From Phaeosaccion multiseriatum (lineage: Eukaryota; Protista; Ochrophyta, other classes), in the NCBI GenBank assembly GCA_965112735.1, contig OZ218950.1:2294001-2358000 (forward strand): a stretch of DNA of 64,000 bases, given 5' to 3'. Each line of letters starts with the position of its first letter. The stretch's first letter is position 1. Position numbers and translations under genes: made by a program. The notes under the pieces are model-generated. The model was not told where the DNA came from, searched no databases, and worked only from the letters and a program-made list of their open reading frames with translations. Below are positions 25,196-38,113 of this stretch, one piece after another.

Positions 25196-28100
25196 ATGTC
25201 TTCTAACTCTGCAATGGCAGCAGCCCTTGTGGGTTCTCTCTTGGGAGCGGCTGTTATGAGCCCTGGCGCCCAGGCCTTCTCATCTCCCGCGATGCTCAGA
25301 TCGACTGCCTTCACGGCGTCGACGAGGCAGCAGCAGCAGCAACGGCATAGTAGACAGCAGAGCTCGAGGGGGGCACGAGAGGCGGCAGCAGGAGCGGCAG
25401 GAACGACAATGGCCTTCGACTTTGGCAAAATGTTCTCCGGCATGCTTCGTAAGTTTCTCAAAGTTGCATGTTTTTTTGGCAAGATCGCTCTGCCTTTCCC
25501 TCTTCACTTTTCCATCTTAGCATGCTTACTTGTTTGTTTCTCGGCTTCTTCACTCGCAGAAAGGTATGGGAGGGCTTTCCACCCATACCGAGTGCATGAC
25601 TCTGCCTTGCCTCTCATCTCCCCCATATGGCTCTACATCCCCTCATTCCTCGGGAGGCAGGTTCAGAAGGCTCGCTCTCTCAGCCTCGACTCCATTTCCT
25701 TCTATCGTACCTCTCTTTCCTGTCCCATCTCAATCCTTTGCTGCTCATTCCTCTGTTTGGTTTGTGTGAGTCAAGGCCTGTCGGTTTGGTGCTCTATCCT
25801 GTGCAGCTATTCACGAGCCTGCACTTCTATTCTCTTCCTCCTTCTCCTCCTCCTCCTCCTCCTCCTCCTCCTCCTCCTCCTCCTCTTCCGTTCACTACAG
25901 CCTCTACCTCAGGCACCCAAAAGAAGGCAGGAGAAGCCCCCCCTGCTCGCAAGCTTCCCTTCAGCGGCCCGGGCCCCAAAGTCGGCACCCCCTCCAACCC
26001 AGAGAAGGTGGACTGTGTGGTGGTTGGGTCGGGCATCACCGGCTCTACGCTGGGCTTCTATTTGGACAAAGCAGGCGTGGACTGTGTGGTGATGGAGGCG
26101 AGGCCGGAGGTGGGCGGAAACGTCATCTCCAAGAAGGAGGAGGGCTTTCTGTGGGAGGTGAGTGAGTGGGTGGGTGGTACGAGGAGTAGTAATAGTAAAG
26201 CAGTGGAGAAGAAAGAAAAGAGAAAAAAGGGGGCGTAGACAAAAGAGGGGGAAGGGAAGGAGAAGGAGGGGAGAGGAGGATAGAGGAGGGGGGAGGAGGA
26301 GGGAGAAGAAGGAGGACGAGAAGATTTCCCTTTTCCCACATCTTGCCACCATCCCTCCCCCCCCTCCTTCCTTTCTTCCTTTCTTTCTTTCTTTCTTTCT
26401 TTCTTTCTCTGTGTTTCGCAGGAGGGTCCCAACACCTTCCAGCCCACACCCTATATTATGCGTACCACCGTGGACCTTGGTCTTAAGGAGGACCTCGTCT
26501 TGGCGGACGCTTCCCTACCTCGCCTCGTCTTGTGGGACGACAAACTTTACCCCCTCCCCACAAGCATCAATGACATCCTCTACAACTTTTGGCTGCTGTC
26601 CTGGCCGGGCAAAATCCGGGCTGGCCTGGGAGCCGTGGGCATTGTGCCTTTGCTCTTTGGTCCTCCCACCCCTCCGAATGAGGAGACGGTGAAGGAGTTT
26701 GTGTGTCGCCATTTGGGGGAGGAGGCGTTCGATAAGCTCATTGACCCGTTTGTGAGTGGCGTGTACGCTGGGGATCCGTCCAAGCTTGCGATGAAGAGTG
26801 CGTTAAAGAAGGTGGGGCGGCTGGAGGACTTGGGGGGGCCCGGTTTGATCGACGGAGCCATTCTTAGGCTACAGGAGAGGGCAAGGCAGGAGAAGGAGCT
26901 ACCGGCGCCGCTTCAGGTATGATACCCGACACCTTGTGGAAGAGGAGGATGGGGTGGGAGGGAGGGGAGGGAGAGGGAGGAGGGGGTAAAGGGAGCGAGG
27001 AAGGGAGGGGTGGGTGGAGTGGGAGGGTGGAGTGGGGGGGGGAGAAGGAGAGGGAGGGATGGAGGGAGAGAGAAAGAACGAGGGGGGGGGAGGAGGAGAT
27101 AGACATGGCAAGATACACGGCGGTAAAATAGCAAAGCGTGCTAGGCATTAGGCATTAGGCATATGCCTCCCTCTGTGGGAAAGGGAGATTCAATACGGCC
27201 TCCCTCGGCCTCCCTCGGCCGTGCTGGGAGTGGTGAGCGGTGGTGCAGTGAGGCCTCCCTCTTGGTGCAGTGTTGCCTCCCTCCTGGGCAGTGCTAGGGG
27301 AGGTGTTTGAGGGTGTTGGGTCATCCTGCCCACTCTCTTCTGTCCTGTCCTGTCTCGTACTACCAACCGTTGTACATGACTACGTTCCGATCCTCCTTCT
27401 TGGTTCACGCCTCACTTTGTCCTCTCCTCTGTCGTTGCGCCCCTCGCCCCTCCCGTCCACCCCTCTCTCTCTCCCTCTATGCGGGCTCTATTCGCTACTC
27501 TCTCTCTCTCCCTCTGTGCTGGCTCTATTCGCTACTCTCTCTCTCCCTCTGTGCGGGCTCTATTCGCTACTCTCTCTCTCCCTCTGTGCTGGCTCTATTC
27601 GCTACTCTCTCTCTCCCTCTGTGCTGGCTCTATTCGCTACTCTCTCTCTCTCTCTCGACTATACACTCCATTCTCCCACTCTGCGTGTATCCTGCCCTGT
27701 CCTGTCCGGACTCTGTACTGGCGACGATTGAATGTATAGGCGGAGGAGCTGCCCAAGTACGTTGGAGGGCAGCTCGGCTCCTTTAGGGAAGGCCTGCAGA
27801 TGCTGCCAAGGTGAGACGCATGCAAAGTAGAGGCTCTCTTCTCTGTCTGTCTGCCTGTCGGTCTATGTGTCTGTCTGTCTATCTCTCTGTCTTTCTTGTC
27901 TTTCTCTCTCTGTATCTACCCTGCCTTGTATGTCAGTCTGTTTGTGTCTGTCCGTCTCTTTGTTGGTCATCTGCCTGCGGCCGTCCTGCTTTCCTCTTAT
28001 CTGGTCCTCTTACAACACTCGCCCACGCACGAACACAATCACACACACACACACGCACATACCCGCATGCACACCCACGCACACCCAGAGCGGCAGCGGA

Positions 28101-30144
28101 TGCCCTAGGCGCGAAGAAGTGCCGAACTTCATGGGCCCTTGAGAATGTCGCCAAGGCGCCCGAGGGAGAGGAGGGCTACCTCACCACCTACAACACCCCG
28201 CAGGGAAAGTACACTGTGCAGAGTAAGAAGGTATGTGTCAAGTCTCTCCCTCCCGCACCGACCTGACCTGTGGTGCTTGATTTAACCTTACCCCGCTCTC
28301 TCTTCTCTGCTGACCCAAAATATCGACGCCCCACTCACTCTGACGCGATACTTTGACATTGACCCCCCCTCTGGCCGATATAAATACACCCACTTTTTAT
28401 CGAGTACAAGAACTGAGGCGTATGTGATTATCGTGTACTACTAAGCGTATGCGAATGTCGAGTACTAAGACTCTTACTGACTGACCCCCACTCTGTGACC
28501 CGATTTTGAATGACTGAAATGTTGGCAATGATGAATGAATGAATCATTCAATCAATCAATCAGGTGGTGTGCACTGCCCCCGCCCACCGCATGACCAAGC
28601 TGACTGGTCTTACCGACATCATCCCCGAGGCAGAGAGACTCAAGGTGGGTGGCTGGGGTAGAGTAGGGTAGGGTAGGGTAGGGTAGGGTAGGGTAGGGTA
28701 GGGACAGGAGTAGCGAAGGGTAGGGTCGGGTAGGGTAGAGTAGGGTAGGGTAGGGTAGGGTAGGTTAGGCAGGGTAGGGACAGGAGTAGCGAATGGTACG
28801 GTAGGGTAGGGTCAGGAGTAGCGAAGGGTAGGGTAGAGTAGGGTAGGGTAGGGTAGGGTAAGGTAGGGACAGGAGTAGCGAAGGGTAGGGTAGGGTAGGG
28901 TAGGGTAGGGTAGGGACAGGAGTAGCGAAGGGTAGGGTAGGGTAGGGTAGGGTCAGGAGTAGCGAAGGGTAGGGTAGAGTAGGGTAGGGTAGGGTAGGGT
29001 AAGGTAGGGACAGGAGTAGCGAAGGGTAGGGTAGGGTAGGGTAGGGTAGGGTCAGGAGTAGCGAACGGTAGGGTAGAGTAGGGTAGGGAGACGGGACGGA
29101 GGGCTGGATTGAGTAAGTGAGTGGGGGGATGAGTGAGGGAGTAGGAGAGTGGGTGAGTGAGTGATACGCTGTATACGGTCGTGTGTTGGGTGCTGGTCGT
29201 TCGATCATTGTCTCTCTTGCGCTTCCCAAACGGCTTTCCCTGTGTGGTCGTGTGCATGGACATGAGTGTGGACGTGGGTGTGTGGGTGACCAGGCCCTTT
29301 TGACAGGGTAGTATTGACCTTCATCTCCCCCCCACCCCACACACCTCCTTCTTTACCTCGCTCCCCCCCCCCCCCTCTCCTACAGGATGTGTACTACCCC
29401 CCCGTCGCCTCTGTGACTCTTGCCTACCCCAAGACTGCCTTCAAGGAGCCCCTCTCTGGATTTGGCCATCTCATCCCACGCAAGCAGAAGATCCGAACAC
29501 TGGTGCGTGTGTGTGTGCGTGCGTGTGTGTGCGTGTTTGTGTATGTGTGTGTGCCCGTGTGTGTGCGCGCCTGTGCGTGCGTGTTCCCGGCTGTTTCTTT
29601 TTTGGGGCCCGGTCCGGTTCGGTTCGTTTGGTTCCGCGCTTACCTTCCTACCTACCTACCTACCTCCCCTCTCCCTACCTTATCTTCTTCCCTTCCTTCC
29701 TTCCTTCCTTCCTTCCTACCTACCTACCTACCTACCTACCTGCTTACCTCCTTACCTACCTACCGTCCTACCCCTCTTACTTACCTACACACCTACCTCC
29801 CTCCCTCCACCTACCTACCTACTTACCTGCCTACCTACCTACCTACTTGCTTAGGGCTGCATCTGGAGCAGCGCCCTGTTCCCTGAGCGTGTGCCCGAGG
29901 GCTACGAGATGCTGCTGAGTTACATTGGGGGGGCTCAAGACGTGGGTATCAAGGACCTCAGCGAGGATGAGGTGAGTGGGCATGGGTGGGGAGAGGGGGG
30001 AGGGAGGGAGGGAGGGAGGGAGGGAAGGAGAAGTAGAGATCAATTGGCCGGTCCGTCGGTCTGTCGGTCAGTCAGTCAGTCAGTCAGTCTGTGGATTGAT
30101 CAAGTGAGTAGAGGGCATCGATTGACTCTCCTCCCCCCCCTCCC

Positions 30145-30199
<55 letters not shown>

Positions 30200-30663
30200 T
30201 TCCCCCCACCCCTCTCCACTGCTCCATCCATCCCCTCACTCACCTCACTTCGACTCGACTCGTCTCACAGATCTGCGCCCAGGTGGATGCCGACATTAAG
30301 AGGGTCCTCCTCAAGCCCGACGCACCGGACGCCAAGAAGCTGGGCTGCCGTGTATGGCCCACTGCCATTCCTCAGTACAACAAGGGACACAACGCACTCC
30401 TCGCTGAACTGGCCAAGGGACAGGAGGAGAACGCTCCCGGACTGGTCCTGGCGGGGAACTATGTAACGGGTGTGGCCTTTGGAGACTGTGTGCAGTACGG
30501 CTATGAGATGGCCGAGCGGATAGCGATTGATATGGGCAAGGTGCAGGCGAAGGTGGAGGTGGAGGGTAAGGAGGAAGAGGAGGCAGGTGTGGCAGTAGCA
30601 GCAGGAGCAGGGTCATCGGCGGATGCGGCGCCAAGAGCAGCGGCGGTGGAGGCTGCTGCATGA
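25196..30663 (+). CDS. PPOX: Protoporphyrinogen IX oxidase (HemY/PPO1 type), plastid-targeted, 9 exons
   Basis: Exons 25196-25448, 25901-26157, 26422-26916, 27740-27810, 28089-28230, 28564-28644, 29386-29502, 29855-29971, 30271-30663 join in frame. Motifs [78 protein letters not shown]. Presequence contains AQAFSS. Confidence 0.93.
27470..27655. repeat. ~35-bp minisatellite (about 5 copies) in PPO intron 3
   Basis: Unit approximately CTCTGTGC(T/G)GGCTCTATTCGCTACTCTCTCTCTCC. Confidence 0.9.
28655..29090. repeat. Compound (TAGGG)n / CAGGAGTAGCGAA array in PPO intron 6
   Basis: Runs of TAGGG interrupted about 9 times by (A/T)CAGGAGTAGCGAA. Confidence 0.9.
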
Positions 30664-31390
30664 GTTCTTTTTTTAGTAGCGCGTGCGTGATTGAGTGAGA
30701 GAGTCATCTCGCTAGATAAGGACAACGAGAGAGAGAGAGAGAGAGAGGGTAGGAGAGCAGGCGATCGAAGACCAGGCGATCGAATTGCTATCACCTTGAT
30801 CAGCCCCGAGGAGGAGTTTTACATACGTAATTTTTACCACGTACGTACTAGTAGTATAATTTTGTTAAAAATTTAATTGCACTATGACTCTCCTCGCGTG
30901 CGCACACACCCACACACACCCACACACTACTGAGAGATGAGAGATGGGGTGACCTCCACTTCCTTCATGTTGACTTACGGACATACTGACCTACTGACTC
31001 AGCCCCGCCACTCAGGTGTGTGTGGTCACGTGTGAGGGTTGGCGTCATGGGAGGAAAGATGGCATCCTACGGTTGCACGATTCGGAGACCTTTAGCCCAG
31101 GGATGGATCCGCATGGCGCCTTCCCTCCCCTCCCATCGCTTGTTCGGCAGTGGTGCAGGCAGCTCTGCAGGCAGCTCTCGCCCTTCATCTGCAGAGGCTT
31201 CTGTCCTTGTTAGAGGTGTCTTCATCTGCTCCATCGCTCGCTGGCTGCACCATCCACAGCAAAGAGACGAAGGGCCTTGGGTCTCTGGTCCATCTCTGCA
31301 TCTGGTGCGATCTTGTTGCCATCTGTTGCCATCTGGTGCCGGTGCTCAATCTCCGCCCCTCCGAGACAGCCGCACTCACACACACACACA

Positions 31391-31433
<43 letters not shown>

Positions 31434-32213
31434 CGTTGTCAGCCCTCTTCGTCGATGCATGGCCCCGCGACAAGGGCTGAAGTGAGTATGAAAGAGTAGA
31501 GCAGCCAGTCCCCCGCTCCCTCCTGCTGTTGTATCACCAACTGCTGTTGCTGTTGCTGCTGCTGATGTTGCTGCAGCACGCAAGCCTCGCCAAGCAAGCC
31601 TCCCAAGTAAGCAAGTCTTATCGCTCTCTGCGAATGAGTGGACGGACAGCGCTGAAGAAGTCGACTTATCAATAAGTCAGTAAGCACTGATCTCACTTCT
31701 GCCGCCGTGCACACCTGCTGCGGCCGTGAAGGATCCTTGCAGAACGATCCATGGCAGCCGATACACGCACACACCGTCTGAGGGTGGATGGCAGTGGATG
31801 GGTAGACGACTTTATGGGATGGGTGGCTGGTAGTGGATGGCAGTGGACGGGTGACAGCTGATCTCCGTCGATCGAGGGCATCGATATTGGATCTCGATCT
31901 TGGTCAGCCGCGGTCAAGAAACTGAAACCGAAACTCCAAGCAAGTACTCATCAGAGCAACTGAGAGAGGTTCATGGCAGAGCCCTGCCGAGAGCTTGCGA
32001 GACCAGAGGGGCGAGCGGAAAGAGCCGATCGTCCTGTGCGCTGAGACAAGAGGCCCCTGTTGCGCGACGATAGCAGCCTGCTCCCTGCTTGGTGGTGCGG
32101 AGAGAAGGGGTGAGAAGGGGGGGGGTACCGGGGGGGGGGGTTAAGGCAAACTCGTACGTTGATGCTCCGCGCAGTAGTTACAGCAAAGGGCTGTTCACCC
32201 CTCGCTCCTCCCC

Positions 32214-34375
32214 CTACTCCTGCCCCTCCCCCTCCTTCTCCTCCTCCTCCTCCTCCTCCTCCTCCTCCTCCTCCTCCTCCTCCTCCTCCTCCTCCTCCTC
32301 CTCCTCCTCCTCCTCCTCCTCCTCCTCCTCCTCCTCCTCCTCCTCCTCCTCCTCCTCCTTCTTCTTCTCCTCCTCCTCCTCCTCCTCCTCCTCCTCCTCC
32401 TCCTCCTCCTCCTCCTCCTCCTCCTCACCTCCTCCCCCTCCCCCGTTGTACATGGAAGACATTTTGCTCATTGCACTCCTTGTAGTGCTGCGCTGAGTGG
32501 CGGTGGTGGCTTTGGAGTCATTGTAGGCTCTGGAGCGGTACGAGAAGTCAACAAAGTTTAAGAGCTCTTCTTCGCCGAAGGATGTGTCACCGTCTTTAGA
32601 GATACGCTCTGCTATCCGTTGAACCTGTTTGAGGTTGGAGTATGGAGTTGTAGAGGGGAGAGTAAGAGTGTAAGGAGAGTGGAGTGGGGAAGGGGTAGAG
32701 TGAGAGGAAGAGGAAGGAGAGGAAGAGGAAGGAGAGGAGGAGGAAGGAGAGGAGGAGGAAGGGGAGAAAGAGGAAGGAGAGGAAGAGGAAGGAGAGGAAG
32801 CGGAAGTAGAGGAAGGAGAGGAGGAGGGAGGAGAGAAGGAGGAAAGAGAGTAGAGCGGAGAGGATACAGGGCGGGGTGGAAAGTGGCGAGGAAGAATATA
32901 AAGATGCGTGGAGAGTGGAGAGGGTAGAGTGGAGAGTGAAGAGGAAGAGTAAATTGAGCGTAGAGGGTGAAGCGGAAGGAGAGGAAGGAAGGAAGGAAGG
33001 AAGGAAGGAAAGGAGGGAGGACGAGGCATTGAGAGAGAGATGGAGAGATAGGGAAAGAGGAGAGAGAGAGGAGCAGCGAAGGAAACAGAAATGAGAACGT
33101 CAGAACAGAGCTCTTGTTGCCCCGGTGGGGGAGGGGGGGGAATGTGAGGCACAAAGCATGGCAAGCCTGAGCCTGCAGCAGCGGAGCGAAGTGAGGGCGA
33201 GAGAGGCCTTGCCTTTCGCAGACTTTGAGACTGCATCACTGCATACCTACTCTTTAATGGACTTTGAGACTGCATCACTGCATACCTACTCTTTAATGGA
33301 CTTTGAGACTGCATCACTGCATACCTACTCTTTAATGGACTTTGAGACTTGCATCGCTGCATACCTACTCTTTAATGGACTTTGAGACTGCATCACTGCA
33401 TACCTACTCTTTAATGGACTTTGAGACTTGCATCGCTGCATGCCTCCTCTTGAACAGACTTTGAGACTTGCATCGCTGCATACCTACTCTTTAATGGACT
33501 TTGAGACTTGCATCGCTGCATACCTACTCTTTAATGGACTTTGAGACTTGCATCGCGGCATGCCTCCTCTTTAACGGACTTTGAGACTGAATCGCTGCCT
33601 ATTACACAGGCCTTGAGCCTCGTCTTACCGAGTTGATGGGGAGGTCTAAGCCGATGCTATTGAAGAACACGTGCAGCTCCTCGAAGGTGACAGTGGCGCC
33701 CTTGCCGGTCTTTTTGGACATCATGCGGTAGAAATGGCGGGTGCTTCCTCTCCGGTCTCGTTGGAACTGGGTAGACACGATGGAGTATATTAGAGGGAAG
33801 TGAGTAGTCACTGGGTAAGATGGGAGAGGGGCATGGTGGGTGGGTTGGCGGATGGATGGGTGACTGAGAGATGAGGAGAGGAGAGAAGAGGAGAGAATAG
33901 GAGAGGAGAAGGAGAGGAGTGGAGAGGAGATGAGAGGAGATCGGGAGGGGGGGAGGAGAGGCTCTGTTTTCGCTGCTGCGCCACGTACATGTCGATTCTT
34001 GATGAAGCCGGCATTCTCCACAGCCCTCGTAAAGTCCAGGAGGCCCCTCTCGTCGCCCCTCAGCAGAGCACTCTGCACCGGGTGGTAGCCCAGAGTGCTG
34101 CACATCAGAGCGAGCTCCTCTTTGGACAGATACCCGTCTCTGTCGCTGTCATAAAAGTCGAACATGGCCTTCATGAGGTTAATCTCCTTCACCTTAAAGC
34201 CTGTCAAGCGCATCACCTGGGCCAGTTCGTCCCCCAGCTGCGCTGCGGCAGCACTGCCCTTCCCGCTGCCGTCGTCGTGGTCTTCATCTTCGTCTCTTAT
34301 GCTGCCGCTGCTGGCACTCTTGATCATTTTGGCCCTACTATGACTGCCCTGCTGCCCCTTGCGCGCCCCCTCCAT
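32214..34375 (-). CDS. EF-hand (calmodulin/centrin-like) protein, 3 exons, poly-Glu tail
   Basis: Exons ~34375-33989, 33766-33629, 32624-32214 join in phase 0. Canonical EF loop FDFYDSDRDGYLSKEEL and degenerate loops VTFEEL and SKDGDTSFGEEEL. Start could also be 34327 or 34603. Confidence 0.75.
33221..33600. repeat. 39/40-bp tandem minisatellite (about 9.5 copies) in EF-hand gene intron
   Basis: Unit GGACTTTGAGAC(T)TGCATC(A/G)CTGCATACCTACTCTTTAAT with interleaved variants and no spacers. Confidence 0.95.
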
Positions 34376-34601
34376 CGTCCACGCTGCTCTGTGCTCTGGT
34401 TGCCAGAGCTTCCGTACCGCTCTCCGAAGAGCCCCGCTTGCCGCCAACCACGCTGCTTCTGGTTGCAGAGCTTTCCGTCCCGCTCTCCGGAGAGCCCCGT
34501 TTGCCGCCAAACGGGAAACGCCCAAGTGGCAAATGGCGTACCAACAGGCGAACCACCAACAGGCCTGATCGGATCGGGGATTTCCACCCCAAACAGGCGC
34601 C

Positions 34602-35659
34602 ATGCTGTGGATCTCTGCTGTAAAGCTGCTACTCTTGCTTTCTCCTGCTGTGGCCTGCCTTCTTTGCGTCTCCCCGCGAGCTCAACCGCAGGCTGCCGCT
34701 CCCGGAAGCGGCAGCCTCAGGAGCGTCGTTGGCTATGGGATGGGAGCGTCAGTAAGCGCAAAGCCTTTGGCGGCGAGGAGAGTCACGCAGCGAAAGGAAA
34801 GGGTAGTCGTGCGGCGAGAGGAAGGAGCAGCCCCGCGAAGACTAGGTAGGAGGGGGCACGGGGGGGCGTTGGGGCTCCACCACGACCGACAACAGGAGGA
34901 GGAGAGGGTTGTCTGGGGTCAGGGGTTGCACTTACTTGGCGAGAAAAGGCGTGGTGCTCGACGACGCACGTCCACCCAGCGGTATGCGCAAGACTCGCCC
35001 TACAGTGGACTAGGTGGTAAAGGAGGAAAGAATCTATGGACCGACGCGGCGGACGAGCAAGCGGAGGAGGAGGAAGAGAAGGAAGAGGAGGAAGGACAGA
35101 CAATTCCAGAGGTGGATGAGCGTCCACGTAAAGAAAGCGAGGGTGGCGGTGTCGAGGAGTCCATCAAGGCCGCTATGATCGCCTTCCTGCGCCTGTACAA
35201 GAAGGAGATGAGCCCTCTCCTGCCGCCCGCCTGCAGGTTCACTCCGACGTGCAGTGAATACGCCGTGGAGTCTGTGCAGAACTACGGGCCTGCCAAGGGG
35301 GTGGTGCTGACTGCGTGGAGGCTGCTGCGCTGCTCTCCCATCGGAGGGGCCGGCTTTGACCCTCCAACTTGGCCGGTGAGGAGAGGAGGGGCGTGTGTGG
35401 TGTGTATTCATTCAATGAGATGCGGCCAACAGGGGGATGAACCAACCCACTCAGAGCCACAACCACTACATGCACGGGCTTGCGAGTAGCTGACATAGCA
35501 GCTTCTCGTGGGTAGGAAGAGGGTTGGGTAGGGCTGGTGACTGACTGTGTACTGTGTGTCCCTTCCTCCCTCCCTCCCTCTGTGCTCTCCCGTCTGCTAT
35601 CGTGTTGCACGCGACAGCCTCCAAACGTCAAGGCAGGTACCTGGGGGAAGGGGAAGTGA
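34602..35659 (+). CDS. yidD: YidD/UPF0161 membrane protein insertion efficiency factor homologue, probably plastid-targeted
   Basis: LYKKEMSPLLPPACRFTPTCSEYAVESVQNYGPAKGVVLTAWRLLRCSPIGGAGFDP is the three-Cys YidD signature. N-terminal signal-like peptide. Exons 34602-35375 and probably 35618-35659. Confidence 0.85.
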
Positions 35660-36762
35660 AACCTGATATGAAACCTCGCGTGAGGCACGTGCGGTTGGCC
35701 CTTCCTGCACGCCAGGCCGGCTCACCTCCTTGGTGTCAGGACTGGGGATTGAGGAGGCCGCGGTTGGAAGTACTCACCACCACCGCATCACCAGCACCAG
35801 CAAGAGCACCAACACCAGCACCAGCACCAGCACCAGTATCAACGGCAGCATTGAACTGACTACCTGCCGGTCTCATGCGTGGATTGGATTGGAGCTGCCG
35901 TGTGAGGCATCCATCTCTCCAGCACCTCCACTCTGCCACAGACCAGCAGAGAGCACCGAACGCTGAAGCGTGGAGAGCGTAGGAGAGCGACTTTAAATGG
36001 TAGCTATGGTAGCCCCAGGCTTAAGCGCGCCTTTGGGAGTCGGGGCAACGGCAGCGCTTTGGCTGAGGATGGATCGGGATTGGATGCATCCTCTCTCAGA
36101 GAAAGAGGAGGAGGATCGCGGAGGGGATCTCCACCACTTACTTCCCCCTACCATCCACTCCACTCCCTTCCTTTGCTCTCTCTTGCCTCCCCCTATACAC
36201 GCTGTTCTACCAATGGCGTAAGGCTGCTTTCAACTTAGTTTAGAGCGATGGTGGCTCTTGGGGGGGCAATGCGGGCCGGCGGGTAGGACAGAAACTGCCC
36301 TGAGCATGTGCTATATGCTATACATGTGTTTGCAGGAGGGTACGTCATTCTATTCCCGTTTCGATGTACATATAGCCCAAATAGTGAATTAAGGCTAACC
36401 GGGCTTAGTCGCTTAGAGCGCGGCTTCACATGGGGGCTTTCATTGGGGCTCTCCAGGGGGGCTTTCCTCCTCCTCCTCGAAGTCCCTAAGGGACCCTAAC
36501 GGAACTGATGATGGCATTTGGACAAGCGTCAGCTGACCAAGATTAGTTTGGACGCTGTGTATAACTAACACGCTCTAGTTACCCTTTTGGTGAGTCTCCT
36601 GACTGAGCTGCCTGAGCTCAAGTATCACAGAAAACTTCCCAACTTCTATAGCAGCTGGCAACAGACGTGTCGTCTTCCAGCACACCAGAGAGAGTGTCGA
36701 GGAGGTTAATTTGCGGTTGGATACTCCTGTATATATGTATATTACAGGTAGCACACCGGCTG

Positions 36763-36805
36763 GCGCCGGCGGTAGCAGGTAGCAGGTATCACGTCAGGTG
36801 TCGAG
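36763..36805 (-). mobile_element. Degenerate solo end of the MITE found at 56073-56210
   Basis: Reverse complement CTCGACACCTGACGTGATACCTGCTACCTGCTACCGCCGGCGC aligns to the MITE left end TTCGACCCCTGACGTGCTACCTGCTACCGCCGGCGC. Confidence 0.7.
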
Positions 36806-38113
36806 CATCTGGTTAGAGCTTGCCCTGTACGTCCATCCCTATCGCCACGCTCTTCCTCGTCAAACGGAACACGCATCGTTCAATCTTACTCTCTGCATGA
36901 TTCTCTCTCTCTACGTATGTACGTACGCCGTGGTTGGACAGTCACCAGCCCGCAGGCTGGGGTTTGCTTTAGCTAGACTAGGTTTTTATCACAGAAACAG
37001 GAGAGTCGCCAGCAGGAGAGCCGGAGAGCCAACCTGTGTGCATCCTCTCGGCGGAGATATTCAACAGCGTACGAACACAGACGCCTCGAGAGGGCTTCGT
37101 TCGCCTCGGGTCCTCGTCCCCCTCCTCCTCGTCCCCCTCCTTCCCTGAGGCCGACGAAGAGATGGAAAATGACGGAGCCGCCTTTGAGAGCCGTGCTGTA
37201 CCACCACCTGCTGCGGCTGCTGCTGAGGAAGGGCAGTGGTGGTGCGAGCAGAGGCGATGGTCATCTTCGCACCCTCCGCTCAAGCCTCCCGAGCATTCTT
37301 GGAGGTACCCACCGACCTGTGCCGGGCCGTTGCGTTGCAGGCAACAGCAACACCCAACAATGACGACGACGACGACGACGACGAATGGAGCACCAACACC
37401 AACACCAACACTCTACAACGGCGGCTTCTCCCTCCCCCCCGTAGGGCTGGAGTTGCAGGACAGCTGGAGTAACGTCAGGAACGTGGCTGCGGAGAGAACC
37501 GTCGAGCTGCTTGGGAGTGAAGAAGGGCAAGCGGGTACACGAAGGAGTATACACTACGGACCCACGAACTGACCCTAAGAAGCAGCTTACTATGTGCTCT
37601 CAGGGCGAAAGCCGAGGCGAAGGCGGGGTACGGTGGCTCGTTGGGGCATCAACATGACGTGCTCCTGCGTGCGATTGACACTCGGAATAGACAAAGGGGT
37701 AGTGGTAGGCGTAGTAGTGGTGGTGGTGGGCTGGTGGTGGCTGGGGTGGCGGCAGGAGGGCTCGTCGAGGGGAGGAGGAGGAGGAGGAGGAGGAGGAGGA
37801 GGAGGAGGAGGAGGAGGAGGGAGGAGGGACATGGAGAGGCAAGGATGCGCCGGCAGCTCTATCAAACGATCGGGACGTGAGAGGCTCTCGCTCTCTCCTC
37901 TCTCTCTCTCTCCTCTCTCCCTCACTCTCTCTCTTTCTGTGTCATCAGCTGCCATCCCCCCCACCCCATCCACTTCCATCCCCAGTGATGGGTGTAGTAG
38001 CGCTCCACGTCTTTACTCGCCTTGAATTCTTGTCCCTGCAAGGCGTGTGTGTACCTGCCATTTCGTCGTGGTTTAAAACTGCGGTATATTGTACCGATGG
38101 GTACTTACTTCAA

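Noticed and set aside
33221-33600. Possible CRISPR array
   Set aside because: It is a tandem minisatellite without spacers, inside an intron.
36180-36520. Possible structured RNA or tRNA
   Set aside because: No cloverleaf, T-loop consensus or rRNA signature was found.
37036-37572. 178-aa ORF
   Set aside because: Low complexity with no recognisable domain. It may be an exon of an unknown gene but cannot be supported.
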